A DNA stretch of 25,969 nt from a virus. Its lineage: Duplodnaviria > Caudoviricetes. Both the position numbers and the translations under genes were made by a program. The stretch covers positions 1 through 25,969 of IMG/VR virus record IMGVR_UViG_3300046837_000043; one strand, written 5' to 3'. Below the pieces are notes generated by a model. That model did not search any database. It saw only the letters and a program-made list of their open reading frames with translations, and had not been told where the DNA came from. Shown in pieces: positions 9,764 to 17,750 of this stretch (position 1 is its first letter; the number at the start of each line of letters is the position of its first letter).

Positions 9764-10184
9764 GGGCGGCCTTCTTTCGGATCATAAAAGGAATCTTCCC
9801 GTCCGCTGTGGGGCCAAACTCCGCTCCCAGCCAGCCCAGCCAGCGCTTGCCGGAAGGGTTATCGCACATCACGTCCCCTACAATCGTTGGGTAGATTTTC
9901 AGCGCCTCCTCAATATAGCGCTGGCTGTGCCGAACGAGGAGGAACTTATGCTGCGCTGCGACCTCGGTCGCAAGCATCCAGAGATAGGCTGTGGTGGAGA
10001 GCAGCGTGGGCGGGATCAGTCCCCACATACAAGCCAGTTGGCCGTCCACGAAGCCGTATCGGATATCGATGCTCCGATGCACACACTCACGTAGGATCTT
10101 CTCTGCATTCAGCCTCCCTGCAACCGGACTTCGACGGAGAACCTCCTTCAGGGAGATGTCACTGCTCCGAGAGATCGATATCAT
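9756..10184 (-). CDS. T7 gp13-like / acetyltransferase-fold virion assembly protein
   Basis: Start ATG 10184 (ATGA overlap with tail tubular B stop). Motifs DGQLACMWGL, AYLWML, N..GKRWLGWLGAEF. Lies between the nozzle and ejection genes. Confidence 0.72.
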   Translation of the reverse strand: MISISRSSDISLKEVLRRSPVAGRLNAEKILRECVHRSIDIRYGFVDGQLACMWGLIPPTLLSTTAYLWMLATEVAAQHKFLLVRHSQRYIEEALKIYPTIVGDVMCDNPSGKRWLGWLGAEFGPTADGKIPFMIRKKAAHG

Positions 10185-13100
10185 TTTCCATCTCCCACAG
10201 TCGTTTCCGGCATCGCACCGAGGATCGTCGCGGGGTAGGGCAGGTTTTGCTGAATACAATAATTCCCCGCCGTGTCCCATTCCTGATCAATGATTGTCCG
10301 ACCATCCCCACTCACGAGGTCGCTCACCATTGCCACTCCCGTTGAGGTGGTTGGGACGTTCCCGAGTGTGAAGTCCTTCATCGCCACAACCGTCGCGAAG
10401 GTCTTGCCGACCTGAAGGCCCAATGTGTCCGCCACCCTCAACGTCAGCCCGGTGATTTTCTTTCGCTTCCCCTGCACCGTTGGCTCGCCCAGGTCCAGCG
10501 GTAAGGTCTGGAGTTGTGGGAGGTAGGCCAACCCTAGGGTAACCTTGGTGGCTGTTAGACCCAAGGCTACAGTTCCTAAGGCTGAGACAGTATACGGCCC
10601 TACGGCCACGCCATCGGCCACACCAACAACACTCTGACCGATCAGCTGGGTCAATCCACTCACGCTCGTAATCGGGGTCCATATGGTATAGCCTGTTGTG
10701 ACTGGGCTGGGTTTGTTGGTATAGGAATTGATGAGTGTCGGAGGACGTATGACGGTGGCAGTTATTTGCGCGGAGGAGGTAAAGGTAACGATTTTATAGA
10801 TACCTCCTCCGGCACGGATGACCCAGCCATTGGTGGCCATCTGAGAGGTGAAGGGAGCTCCACCTGGGTCTTGGAAGGTAACTGAGTTGCCGACTTGGCT
10901 AGCGTCGTTAAAGCCGAGGAGGGTGCTGGTTGGGGACAACGCAGGTTGAGTTTGCAGTGCGCAGTCTACACTCCAAGCATCTTCGTAGCCATAGGTAAAA
11001 TACCGATCGGCCATGCGTTCAACGTAGGGAACTAGTGTGCCTTGAACCAATCGTTGAACTACTAAATAGATCGCATCAACCACATTGCCGGTTGAAACTG
11101 TCTCAATCACCGAGCACACTGACTGAAACTGACCGTTGGTATCATGATGAGCCCAACCAACAAGCTCTTGCTCTTTTACATATCCGAGCGACAGCATCTG
11201 CCCATCGCCTCGGATAGCCCACAGGGTCTTGAACGGCTCCTCAGCCCAAGCCCAATCGAGGAGGTAGTTGTTAAAGAAGAGGTGGTTGGATAGGACGGAG
11301 ATGTCCGAGCCGGTGAAGAGTTGGGTATAGATGCTATAGCTCAGACTCCGAATGTAATTGCCCTTGTTGGTAGCATAAAGGGTATCAGAGTTGATCTTAA
11401 TCGGGCGCAGGTCATTAACGCCGTTAAAGGACTGAGGCTGCGCGGTGGCGTTGGATGGGGTTATCGGAACCTGAGTAGAAATGCCGCCGCCGCCATTGAT
11501 CAGCCATGCACCCTTGCCAGTGCCAGCGATGATTCCAGTCGGAACTGGGAGCAGCCAACGGATATCGTTCAGCTCCTCAGAGATGATCGTGCCAGAGATT
11601 GCATCGTCATCTTGTGATGGGTTTGAGACGTTAAAGTTAAAAAAGCTTCCGGGCTGGGAGAAGTTGAACGATTGAATTGCCTGCGAGGAGCCAGCAAAGG
11701 CCAGGCGTTCTTGGATAAATCCTGGCACACCAGGATTCCCCGAGCTAGCAGGGCCAATCACAGCTGTAGCCGCGGCCGCCCCGGCAGAGAAGGTCACGGC
11801 AGGAGCAGTAACATAACCGTTCCCACCCATGACCGGTAGGATATCCTTCACGCCCCAGGTAAAGCTGATGCCAAAGGAGCCGCCGCTAGCATTAAACCCA
11901 ACAAACCCAGCAGCGGTACAACCGCCAGGGCTTACAGGATTAGTCGGAGTAGAACCAGCAGTGATCGATCCAGAGCTAACCGGGGATGCTCCAACGCTGG
12001 TAACTTCCCAAAATGAATGCCCACCTCCTGTGCCGATAAGAGCGGTACCAGTGATACGAAGTATAATTCCGTTTGAAAAAGTGAGCAGTGACCCGTTTGG
12101 ATCTGGCCCAGTTGTGAGAATATCTTGATTTCCAGTCGCGTGCGTGATGGCGCCTACGACAGTGACCCCAAGCGATGTAATAGACGTTGCGGTCTGCCCA
12201 CTCGGCGGTGCTGCAACGATCACGCCTGGAACGGTGGTATAGGCCCCAGCAGCTGTTACGTTATAGCTTGTAACCCCTGGGCCGATGAATGGATTCTCAA
12301 TAATAGGCGGAGTTTGCGAGAAGTCAGCGACGATACCCGGATATGCTTCATTGAAAACAGCAGTTGTGACATTGCCAACAAAACCATATTGAGCACCAGA
12401 TGATGGTACAGAGCCATTGATTGGAAGGGTTTTGTAGACGTTATAGCTAGCCGCTCCGGTTACCGCTGTCCAGGTTACTTGGATAGTACCAACGGTTGTG
12501 CCAATGTACAACAAAGAACTGAGGATCAACGCCACCGACGGCCCACTTTCCTGGCCGTTTATATCCACGGCCGCGACACGATAGCCGTAGAACCAAGTCC
12601 CAGCGCCGATGTTGGTCCCTGCGCCGTTTGCAAGGCCGGTTGGGGTGCTTATAGCTGGGCCAAAAGCCGCATTCACCAAAGTCCAGCTAGTCGCGGAGTT
12701 GATAGTCAAGACCGCAGGGGCGTATGACGGATGGGTGATAATAAGTGAAGTTACGTTCTGTACCCACTTGAGCCCAGGGTTGCCGGTGACAGGATTGGGA
12801 AAGAGGTCGCTAGTGTTGTATGGACTAGTGATGGTATAGACTCGATGAGCCAAGCCACCACTGGTATAGGCACCGAAGGCAGTGGTATTAATAGCGTTAC
12901 CGTTCAGGTCGGTCAGGGTATAGGTATTGACCCCGGTGTTAACAACGATGTAGTAGTTGCCGTTAAGTTGAGTCATCCCTCCAACTTGACTAATCAAAAC
13001 CCAATCACCAGTAGCATAGCCATGGGCAACGTCAGTCACAACTCCAGGGTTGGCCTGGGTTATTCCAGTGATAGCTGTGCCCGTCTCGACGATCGGTGCG

Positions 13101-13375
13101 CCGTTGGAGTGGAACCGGATGTAGTTCTGCCCAAACTCAAGGACATACGACAGCGTTGTGGAGGGCTGGAAGGGAATCAACCTCGCGCCAGCGGACTTGG
13201 CTTGGTTGATGAACTTCGTGCCCTGCCGAGTCGAGGCACCGCCGCCGGAGTAGTCAACATAGAAGTTGCGCAGCAGCGCGGCACCAGAGTGGTATTTTTG
13301 AATATCCACCCGCGAGCGGAGCTTCGGTGCCCACTCACCAGAGGCAAAGGAGGTTTTGATCGAGGGCTGTGCCAC
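10181..13375 (-). CDS. Tail tubular protein B (nozzle; T7 gp12 / BPP-1-like) with inserted beta domains
   Basis: GTG start (TAGTG overlap). N-terminus SFASGEWAPKLRSRVDIQKY..GAALLRNF...GG...RQGT, RLIPFQ, YVLEFGQNYIRF, plus QERLAFAG and EQELVGWAHHDT are hallmark nozzle motifs. Confidence 0.9.
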   Translation of the reverse strand: MAQPSIKTSFASGEWAPKLRSRVDIQKYHSGAALLRNFYVDYSGGGASTRQGTKFINQAKSAGARLIPFQPSTTLSYVLEFGQNYIRFHSNGAPIVETGTAITGITQANPGVVTDVAHGYATGDWVLISQVGGMTQLNGNYYIVVNTGVNTYTLTDLNGNAINTTAFGAYTSGGLAHRVYTITSPYNTSDLFPNPVTGNPGLKWVQNVTSLIITHPSYAPAVLTINSATSWTLVNAAFGPAISTPTGLANGAGTNIGAGTWFYGYRVAAVDINGQESGPSVALILSSLLYIGTTVGTIQVTWTAVTGAASYNVYKTLPINGSVPSSGAQYGFVGNVTTAVFNEAYPGIVADFSQTPPIIENPFIGPGVTSYNVTAAGAYTTVPGVIVAAPPSGQTATSITSLGVTVVGAITHATGNQDILTTGPDPNGSLLTFSNGIILRITGTALIGTGGGHSFWEVTSVGASPVSSGSITAGSTPTNPVSPGGCTAAGFVGFNASGGSFGISFTWGVKDILPVMGGNGYVTAPAVTFSAGAAAATAVIGPASSGNPGVPGFIQERLAFAGSSQAIQSFNFSQPGSFFNFNVSNPSQDDDAISGTIISEELNDIRWLLPVPTGIIAGTGKGAWLINGGGGISTQVPITPSNATAQPQSFNGVNDLRPIKINSDTLYATNKGNYIRSLSYSIYTQLFTGSDISVLSNHLFFNNYLLDWAWAEEPFKTLWAIRGDGQMLSLGYVKEQELVGWAHHDTNGQFQSVCSVIETVSTGNVVDAIYLVVQRLVQGTLVPYVERMADRYFTYGYEDAWSVDCALQTQPALSPTSTLLGFNDASQVGNSVTFQDPGGAPFTSQMATNGWVIRAGGGIYKIVTFTSSAQITATVIRPPTLINSYTNKPSPVTTGYTIWTPITSVSGLTQLIGQSVVGVADGVAVGPYTVSALGTVALGLTATKVTLGLAYLPQLQTLPLDLGEPTVQGKRKKITGLTLRVADTLGLQVGKTFATVVAMKDFTLGNVPTTSTGVAMVSDLVSGDGRTIIDQEWDTAGNYCIQQNLPYPATILGAMPETTVGDGK

Positions 13376-13833
13376 TAAGCAAACTCACCTAGCAAATTAT
13401 AACGTGCTGCTTGATACACCGCAGTAGCTTCTTCTGCAGATTCAAACGATCCTAATTCATGCCTTACACCATTCACTTCTATCCTCGAACGATATTTAGT
13501 GCCATGTACTTCATAGCCTAACGCATTCTTCTTAGCAGCAGCATTATTTTGTGCATTAGTACATTCCCGCAAATTGGAGATTCTATTATCCCAACGCTTC
13601 TCATTTATATGATCGATCTGTTCTGGCATGTACCCATAAGTCAGAAGCCACGCTAATCTATGACCAGATAGTCTATAGCCAAGCAAGCCGATTTGCCAAT
13701 AACCCAAAGCGTTTGGGCAACCAGCAATCTGTCCAATTTTGCTTGGACCTCGACTATTGGTGTTAGCTACCCAATAAAAGTCGCCTGTATCAGGCTCGTA
13801 TTTAAGGTATTTCTTTACGATTTCAGGTTCCAT
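13375..13833 (-). CDS. Free-standing HNH homing endonuclease with C-terminal AP2-like domain
   Basis: Start ATG 13833 after GAGGA. YEPDTGDFYW, HRLAWLLTYG..PEQIDHINEKRWDNRISNLRECT..QN (HNH_3 type) and YRSRIEVNG..ELGSFESAEEA..Y (AP2-like). Visibly AT-richer than its flanks. Confidence 0.92.
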   Translation of the reverse strand: MEPEIVKKYLKYEPDTGDFYWVANTNSRGPSKIGQIAGCPNALGYWQIGLLGYRLSGHRLAWLLTYGYMPEQIDHINEKRWDNRISNLRECTNAQNNAAAKKNALGYEVHGTKYRSRIEVNGVRHELGSFESAEEATAVYQAARYNLLGEFA

Positions 13834-13840
13834 GTGTTCC

Positions 13841-15022
13841 TCAGTAAGGTGAGTAAGAAGCACCCCAGTCAAAGGAAAGATTCGGAGAATACTCAAAGTT
13901 CGGCCCAACACCATAACCCCCACGGGTTCGAATGAAGTCAGGGGTTACATCGTTGACAGTGATGCCCTCATTGCCGTCAGCCTTGCGGGCTTCCATCACC
14001 ATGCTATTAGCAAGTTGGATTTGTTGATTTGCAAGAGCCTTATCACCAGCGAGTTGGAAGGTTAGCCGCGCTGCAAGAATGTGTACCCACGCATCTTGAA
14101 AAAGAGGATCCATTACGTTAGGATCAACAACCTGGGTGTTATAACAAAGGATGGCTTGTGATTGATTACAAAGAATTACTCGTTGGGTAGTTGAGAAAGG
14201 AGTGAAGGTTAGGTTAAAGGTTGCACCAGCGCCCACGCTTGGGTTGCCTCCTACGCCAGCCACTGATCCTTGCGCAACAGGGTTGACCGGAATTGAAAAG
14301 TAGCTACCACCACCTGGACCGAGAGTAGCAACAGGAAACTCGCCTATGATTTGAGCTAGGACTAGAACTCCAGTCACAGCGCCGCTTCCGCTAACACTAG
14401 AAACTAAAAGCTGCGCAGGTGCTCCGGCATCCATTGTATAGGAAGTGATCGAAGGTGGTTGGCCAACCGGAGCAGAATTTTGCTTAAAGCTATAGACCGG
14501 TTGTTGCAAGGTGATAATGTCGTTGACTGAGTAACCTGAACCGCCACTTGCGATTGCTGCGGTTAGCACAGTGAAGAAAGAGTCAGTGGCGATTTTGAAT
14601 TTGAGCGCAGGGCCGGTCCAGCCAGGCTGGCCTGCACCAGTGACAGTCCCCGCCGGGTAGATCGGCACACCTCCAGCTTGGGTGGTGTACTGCGGGATGA
14701 TCATTCGCGCACGAAGACAATCGAAAGGATACTGATACTCATAAGTCCAAGGAATCGGCGGCTGGCCAACTTGCCAAAGTGGGGCGCCTGCCTGTGGATT
14801 CTCAGGGTTGCCTGGGAGAGTTGATATATACGTGAGCGGAGCCCACTTCGTCACGCAGTCCCAAGGGGCCATCCGGTTTAGCTCGTCGCGGAGTTGGAAC
14901 ATAATCAGCTGGCATTGGATGGCCTCGTTCGAGGACTGCGCGTTGAACTCTGCCAAGGTCATGTTTGTGCGCGAGCCCATAACCTGTAAGGCACGATTGG
15001 CGATGTCAAGGTTGGTGGTCAT
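13841..15022 (-). CDS. Tail tubular protein A / head-tail adaptor (T7 gp11-like) with internal insertion
   Basis: MTTNLDIANRAL..MG, RDELNRMAPW, WTYEYQYPFDCLR, DPLFQDAWVHILAARL...LAGD and A..ADGNEG match adaptor proteins. 393 aa is longer than usual. Confidence 0.85.
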   Translation of the reverse strand: MTTNLDIANRALQVMGSRTNMTLAEFNAQSSNEAIQCQLIMFQLRDELNRMAPWDCVTKWAPLTYISTLPGNPENPQAGAPLWQVGQPPIPWTYEYQYPFDCLRARMIIPQYTTQAGGVPIYPAGTVTGAGQPGWTGPALKFKIATDSFFTVLTAAIASGGSGYSVNDIITLQQPVYSFKQNSAPVGQPPSITSYTMDAGAPAQLLVSSVSGSGAVTGVLVLAQIIGEFPVATLGPGGGSYFSIPVNPVAQGSVAGVGGNPSVGAGATFNLTFTPFSTTQRVILCNQSQAILCYNTQVVDPNVMDPLFQDAWVHILAARLTFQLAGDKALANQQIQLANSMVMEARKADGNEGITVNDVTPDFIRTRGGYGVGPNFEYSPNLSFDWGASYSPY

Positions 15023-15025
15023 GGA

Positions 15026-15078
15026 TTAGTACTTTCCCTGCTACCGCAACAGCCGTGGTTGGAGCCATGAAGCCCTGG
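15026..15078 (-). pseudogene. Frameshifted remnant of the 3' end of a homolog of gene 17038-17232
   Basis: Reads GGG CTT CAT GGC TCC AAC CAC GGC TGT TGC GGT AG- CAG GGA AAG TAC TAA (GLHGSNHGCCG[S]QGKY*) versus GIGGSNHGCCGSQGKH* at 17038-17088. Confidence 0.8.
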
Positions 15079-15080
15079 GG

Positions 15081-16613
15081 TCAATGCACCGTCTTTACCA
15101 TGTCTGGTAGCATGGTATAGTTTACTACCACGCTCGCGTGTGGGTCTAGGTTTATTGTACAATTCTGTGTACCAGTGCAGTTAAAGAATCCACTAACAGA
15201 TACGTCGCTAACGGCACCACCGAATATATAAACAGTTTCCGGTGAGTCTCCAGCTGTATAGGTAAATGGCGAGGCGCCGACTGTAAGCATCGAACTACCT
15301 ACTGGATTGTATCCCCCATTATCCTTTATGGTGTTGTTGGATCCTACATCTGTAATCGCAGTGGTGTTGCCTCCGAAGAAATTGCCTTGGACGAGGGTGT
15401 TGAAGGCACTGCCTAACATCGCTAGCCCTATACCGCAGAACTGAATTTGGTTACTGATGATGTTGGTCCCGTCCCCCTGCAAAGCGATACCGTGCGTAGC
15501 CGTTAGCGAGTCACAAACAATTACATTGCCAGTAATTGTAGTGAACGCTTGGTTGGTGTCCTGGATGTCAATTGCCGCGAAGTTGGCACCTGGAGCGATG
15601 AGGTTGCCAGTGAAGGTCGAAAGGTTGTAAGATGTCCCGATCAAGATCGAGTCTTTGACAGTGGCAAACTGATTATTGCTCACCAACATTTCTAATAGGT
15701 TCCCTGGCGACGAGCCAGGTACAAGGATGCCAAAGTTAGAGCCCTGTAAGTTGCTCTGGGTTAGAGTTAACCCCTGTGTGTAACCACCCAACACGATGCC
15801 GTTGTTCAGGTTGTTGAGTGTGTTCTTTGAAATGTTGTGATAGATCGAATAGCCAGTAGTGGTGCCGCAGTCGACTGGGTTGCCGGCGATGTTAATACCA
15901 TTTCCCTGTGCAGAACCAGAACCGAAGCCGCCGTACAGTGTCAGTCCATCATAATTAATTCCCGAGACACCGACGATGTTGATCGCATTGCTCCAATAAT
16001 CAGTGATCGCTGCATAGGCATCGTCACCACGAAACGTCACCCGGTAAAAGTCAGATTGAGCAAAATCGGCTAAGCAGTCGGTCTGCGTCAACGTTACGCC
16101 GTTACCGCTATTAGCCGCTCCTGTTGACACGGTACAATCGCGCATGTGGAATGAGTTACCATGGAATACATAGTTGACCGTTATGCCATTCCCTGTTGGC
16201 CAGAACAGGATAGTGTTATCGGCACCGGAACAGGCGATCGACAAAGAGTGCACACCAGTAGCGATATTATAGGTGATGGCCGAAAGGAATTTGTATTTAC
16301 CAGGATGAGAGAATATAACATTACTACTATCAGACAAGGCACTATTGAAAGCACTCGCTGAGTCAGCTGCGCCAGTTGGATCGGCCCCATACCAAACCGG
16401 GTCGGCATAGCCAAAAATAGCAGTGCAAACTGTGGGTATTAAAATGCAGGTGGTAGTGATAAGACCACCAGAGCTAGGAATAGCTTTAGGCGGTGCAGGG
16501 CTTGCGGTGGAGTTGCCGCAGACAGTGCTAGGAGGAAACAACCCATTGCACTGAGCCGAGGCAGCCCCACACAGCCCAATCAGGATCGCGAGGGAAAGGA
16601 GGATTTTTTTCAT
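15081..16613 (-). CDS. Signal-peptide-bearing parallel beta-helix protein (pectate-lyase-3-like tailspike/depolymerase)
   Basis: MKKILLSLAILIGLCGAASA|Q Sec signal. WYGADPTGAADSASAFNSAL..PGKY is the Pectate_lyase_3-type N-terminal motif, followed by Asn/Gly/Ile ladders (ITGNVI, ISNQI, VQGNFF). Confidence 0.8.
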   Translation of the reverse strand: MKKILLSLAILIGLCGAASAQCNGLFPPSTVCGNSTASPAPPKAIPSSGGLITTTCILIPTVCTAIFGYADPVWYGADPTGAADSASAFNSALSDSSNVIFSHPGKYKFLSAITYNIATGVHSLSIACSGADNTILFWPTGNGITVNYVFHGNSFHMRDCTVSTGAANSGNGVTLTQTDCLADFAQSDFYRVTFRGDDAYAAITDYWSNAINIVGVSGINYDGLTLYGGFGSGSAQGNGINIAGNPVDCGTTTGYSIYHNISKNTLNNLNNGIVLGGYTQGLTLTQSNLQGSNFGILVPGSSPGNLLEMLVSNNQFATVKDSILIGTSYNLSTFTGNLIAPGANFAAIDIQDTNQAFTTITGNVIVCDSLTATHGIALQGDGTNIISNQIQFCGIGLAMLGSAFNTLVQGNFFGGNTTAITDVGSNNTIKDNGGYNPVGSSMLTVGASPFTYTAGDSPETVYIFGGAVSDVSVSGFFNCTGTQNCTINLDPHASVVVNYTMLPDMVKTVH

Positions 16614-17038
16614 GACTGATTCGTCCAGCCCCTAAGGGCATTGCTGGGGTAAAGAATAAAGCCACCGTAGGCTGAGGAGATTTGAATCGAAGAGAGACTC
16701 ATGATAGTCTCAGCACCCGAGGTAGGTTGGATGGTAATTGGATGCGTTGCGGCATTACCACCGATGTCGACGATGCCAATTGAGTTCTTGGCGTAACCCC
16801 CAGGAAGGGCACCTGCTGGAACACCTGGATCAGTCGCTGGAGGCAGGGTGATTGTGACTGCCCCTGCCACGTTTACATGAACTAGATTTGTACTAGGGTC
16901 TAGAATGTAAGTTCCAGCGGCAGTGATTGTGAGCAAGTTCCTCGCTGGAATTCGCACCCAGCCCACGCTTGAACCAAGGTAGGTATTCACCCACTCACGA
17001 GAGGTTCCACCTTGGTCCAAGTCGAGTTGGGAGGGCAT
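16610..17038 (-). CDS. Small beta-rich fibre-associated/adaptor-like protein, no signal peptide
   Basis: Start ATG 17038 (TAATG overlap). VNVAGAVTITLP..IVDIGGNAATHPITI..ETI..SSIQISSAYGGFILYP resembles a domain I recognise from phage fibre proteins. Confidence 0.65.
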   Translation of the reverse strand: MPSQLDLDQGGTSREWVNTYLGSSVGWVRIPARNLLTITAAGTYILDPSTNLVHVNVAGAVTITLPPATDPGVPAGALPGGYAKNSIGIVDIGGNAATHPITIQPTSGAETIMSLSSIQISSAYGGFILYPSNALRGWTNQS

Positions 17039-17232
17039 TAGTGTTTCCCTTGTGATCCGCAGCAACCGTGGTTGGATCCACCGATCCCAACGCTCTGGCT
17101 CATTTGCCCAGACGGGCCCTTCGGTGGAGAGTAGGGGAGGGGCTTGGCCTGGGTTACCCCACCCGACGACGCCGTGGGGCGTTGGTTGCTGGGGGAATCA
17201 GGGCCGTATTCAGAGAGGATATCCCGAGCCAT
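17038..17232 (-). CDS. Hypothetical 64-aa Pro/Ser/Gly-rich protein ending GSNHGCCGSQGKH
   Basis: GGAGG SD, ATG abutting the upstream TAA, stop overlapping the next ATG. The C-terminus is conserved at amino-acid level in the remnant at 15026. Confidence 0.75.
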   Translation of the reverse strand: MARDILSEYGPDSPSNQRPTASSGGVTQAKPLPYSPPKGPSGQMSQSVGIGGSNHGCCGSQGKH

Positions 17233-17517
17233 TTATGCCTCCTCGGTGCGCCGGAAGAACGGGGTGGGGCTAGGCCTATCGGCCTCAGCTTTGGCTTTGT
17301 TAGCTTCGGCGTTAGCCTTAGCCGCAGCTGCCGCCTCGACTTTGGCATCTTCCTCAACCTTCTTCGCCATAGCGTCGGCGTTCTCCTTCGCTGCGCCTTC
17401 TGCATGGCCTTCAAGCTCACGCTGCGCAGCATCGGTCAGTGCCTTCAACCTCGGCCACTGATGAGCCAGATCCGAAATCGAAAGCAGCTTATGCACCGCA
17501 TCCCAGTTAACACTCAT
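17233..17517 (-). CDS. Hypothetical 94-aa protein, Ala/Lys/Glu-rich helical C-terminus
   Basis: AGGAGG SD, ATGA overlap, fills the operon without a gap. Confidence 0.75.
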   Translation of the reverse strand: MSVNWDAVHKLLSISDLAHQWPRLKALTDAAQRELEGHAEGAAKENADAMAKKVEEDAKVEAAAAAKANAEANKAKAEADRPSPTPFFRRTEEA

Positions 17518-17750
17518 GTATGCCTCCTCTGGCTTCCGCCGTGGTGGATGGTTTTCCCCGAGTCCTTCGGGGCCTCAAAGCCTCGACCGGCGTCCATGGA
17601 GATCGAGGAGCCGTGGAGGATCTTTCCGGTATCGGTTGCGTGGTTGCCCATGGCCGAGCCAATTTGACTCACACCCGCAGGGGAGATTGCGTGGGCTCGA
17701 GGCTCACGCTTCCCAGCGCTCATTGAGTTATGTCCTGATCCTTGTCGCAT
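17514..17750 (-). CDS. Hypothetical 78-aa Gly/Ser/His-rich protein
   Basis: AAGGAG upstream of ATG 17750; an alternative coupled start is ATG 17723. Ends HHGGSQRRHT. Confidence 0.65.
   Translation of the reverse strand: MRQGSGHNSMSAGKREPRAHAISPAGVSQIGSAMGNHATDTGKILHGSSISMDAGRGFEAPKDSGKTIHHGGSQRRHT

Noticed and set aside
13375-13923. Group I intron around the HNH gene, or the longer 182-aa start
   Set aside because: Both flanking genes look complete and abut the HNH ORF, leaving no room for intron core structure. The SD supports ATG 13833.
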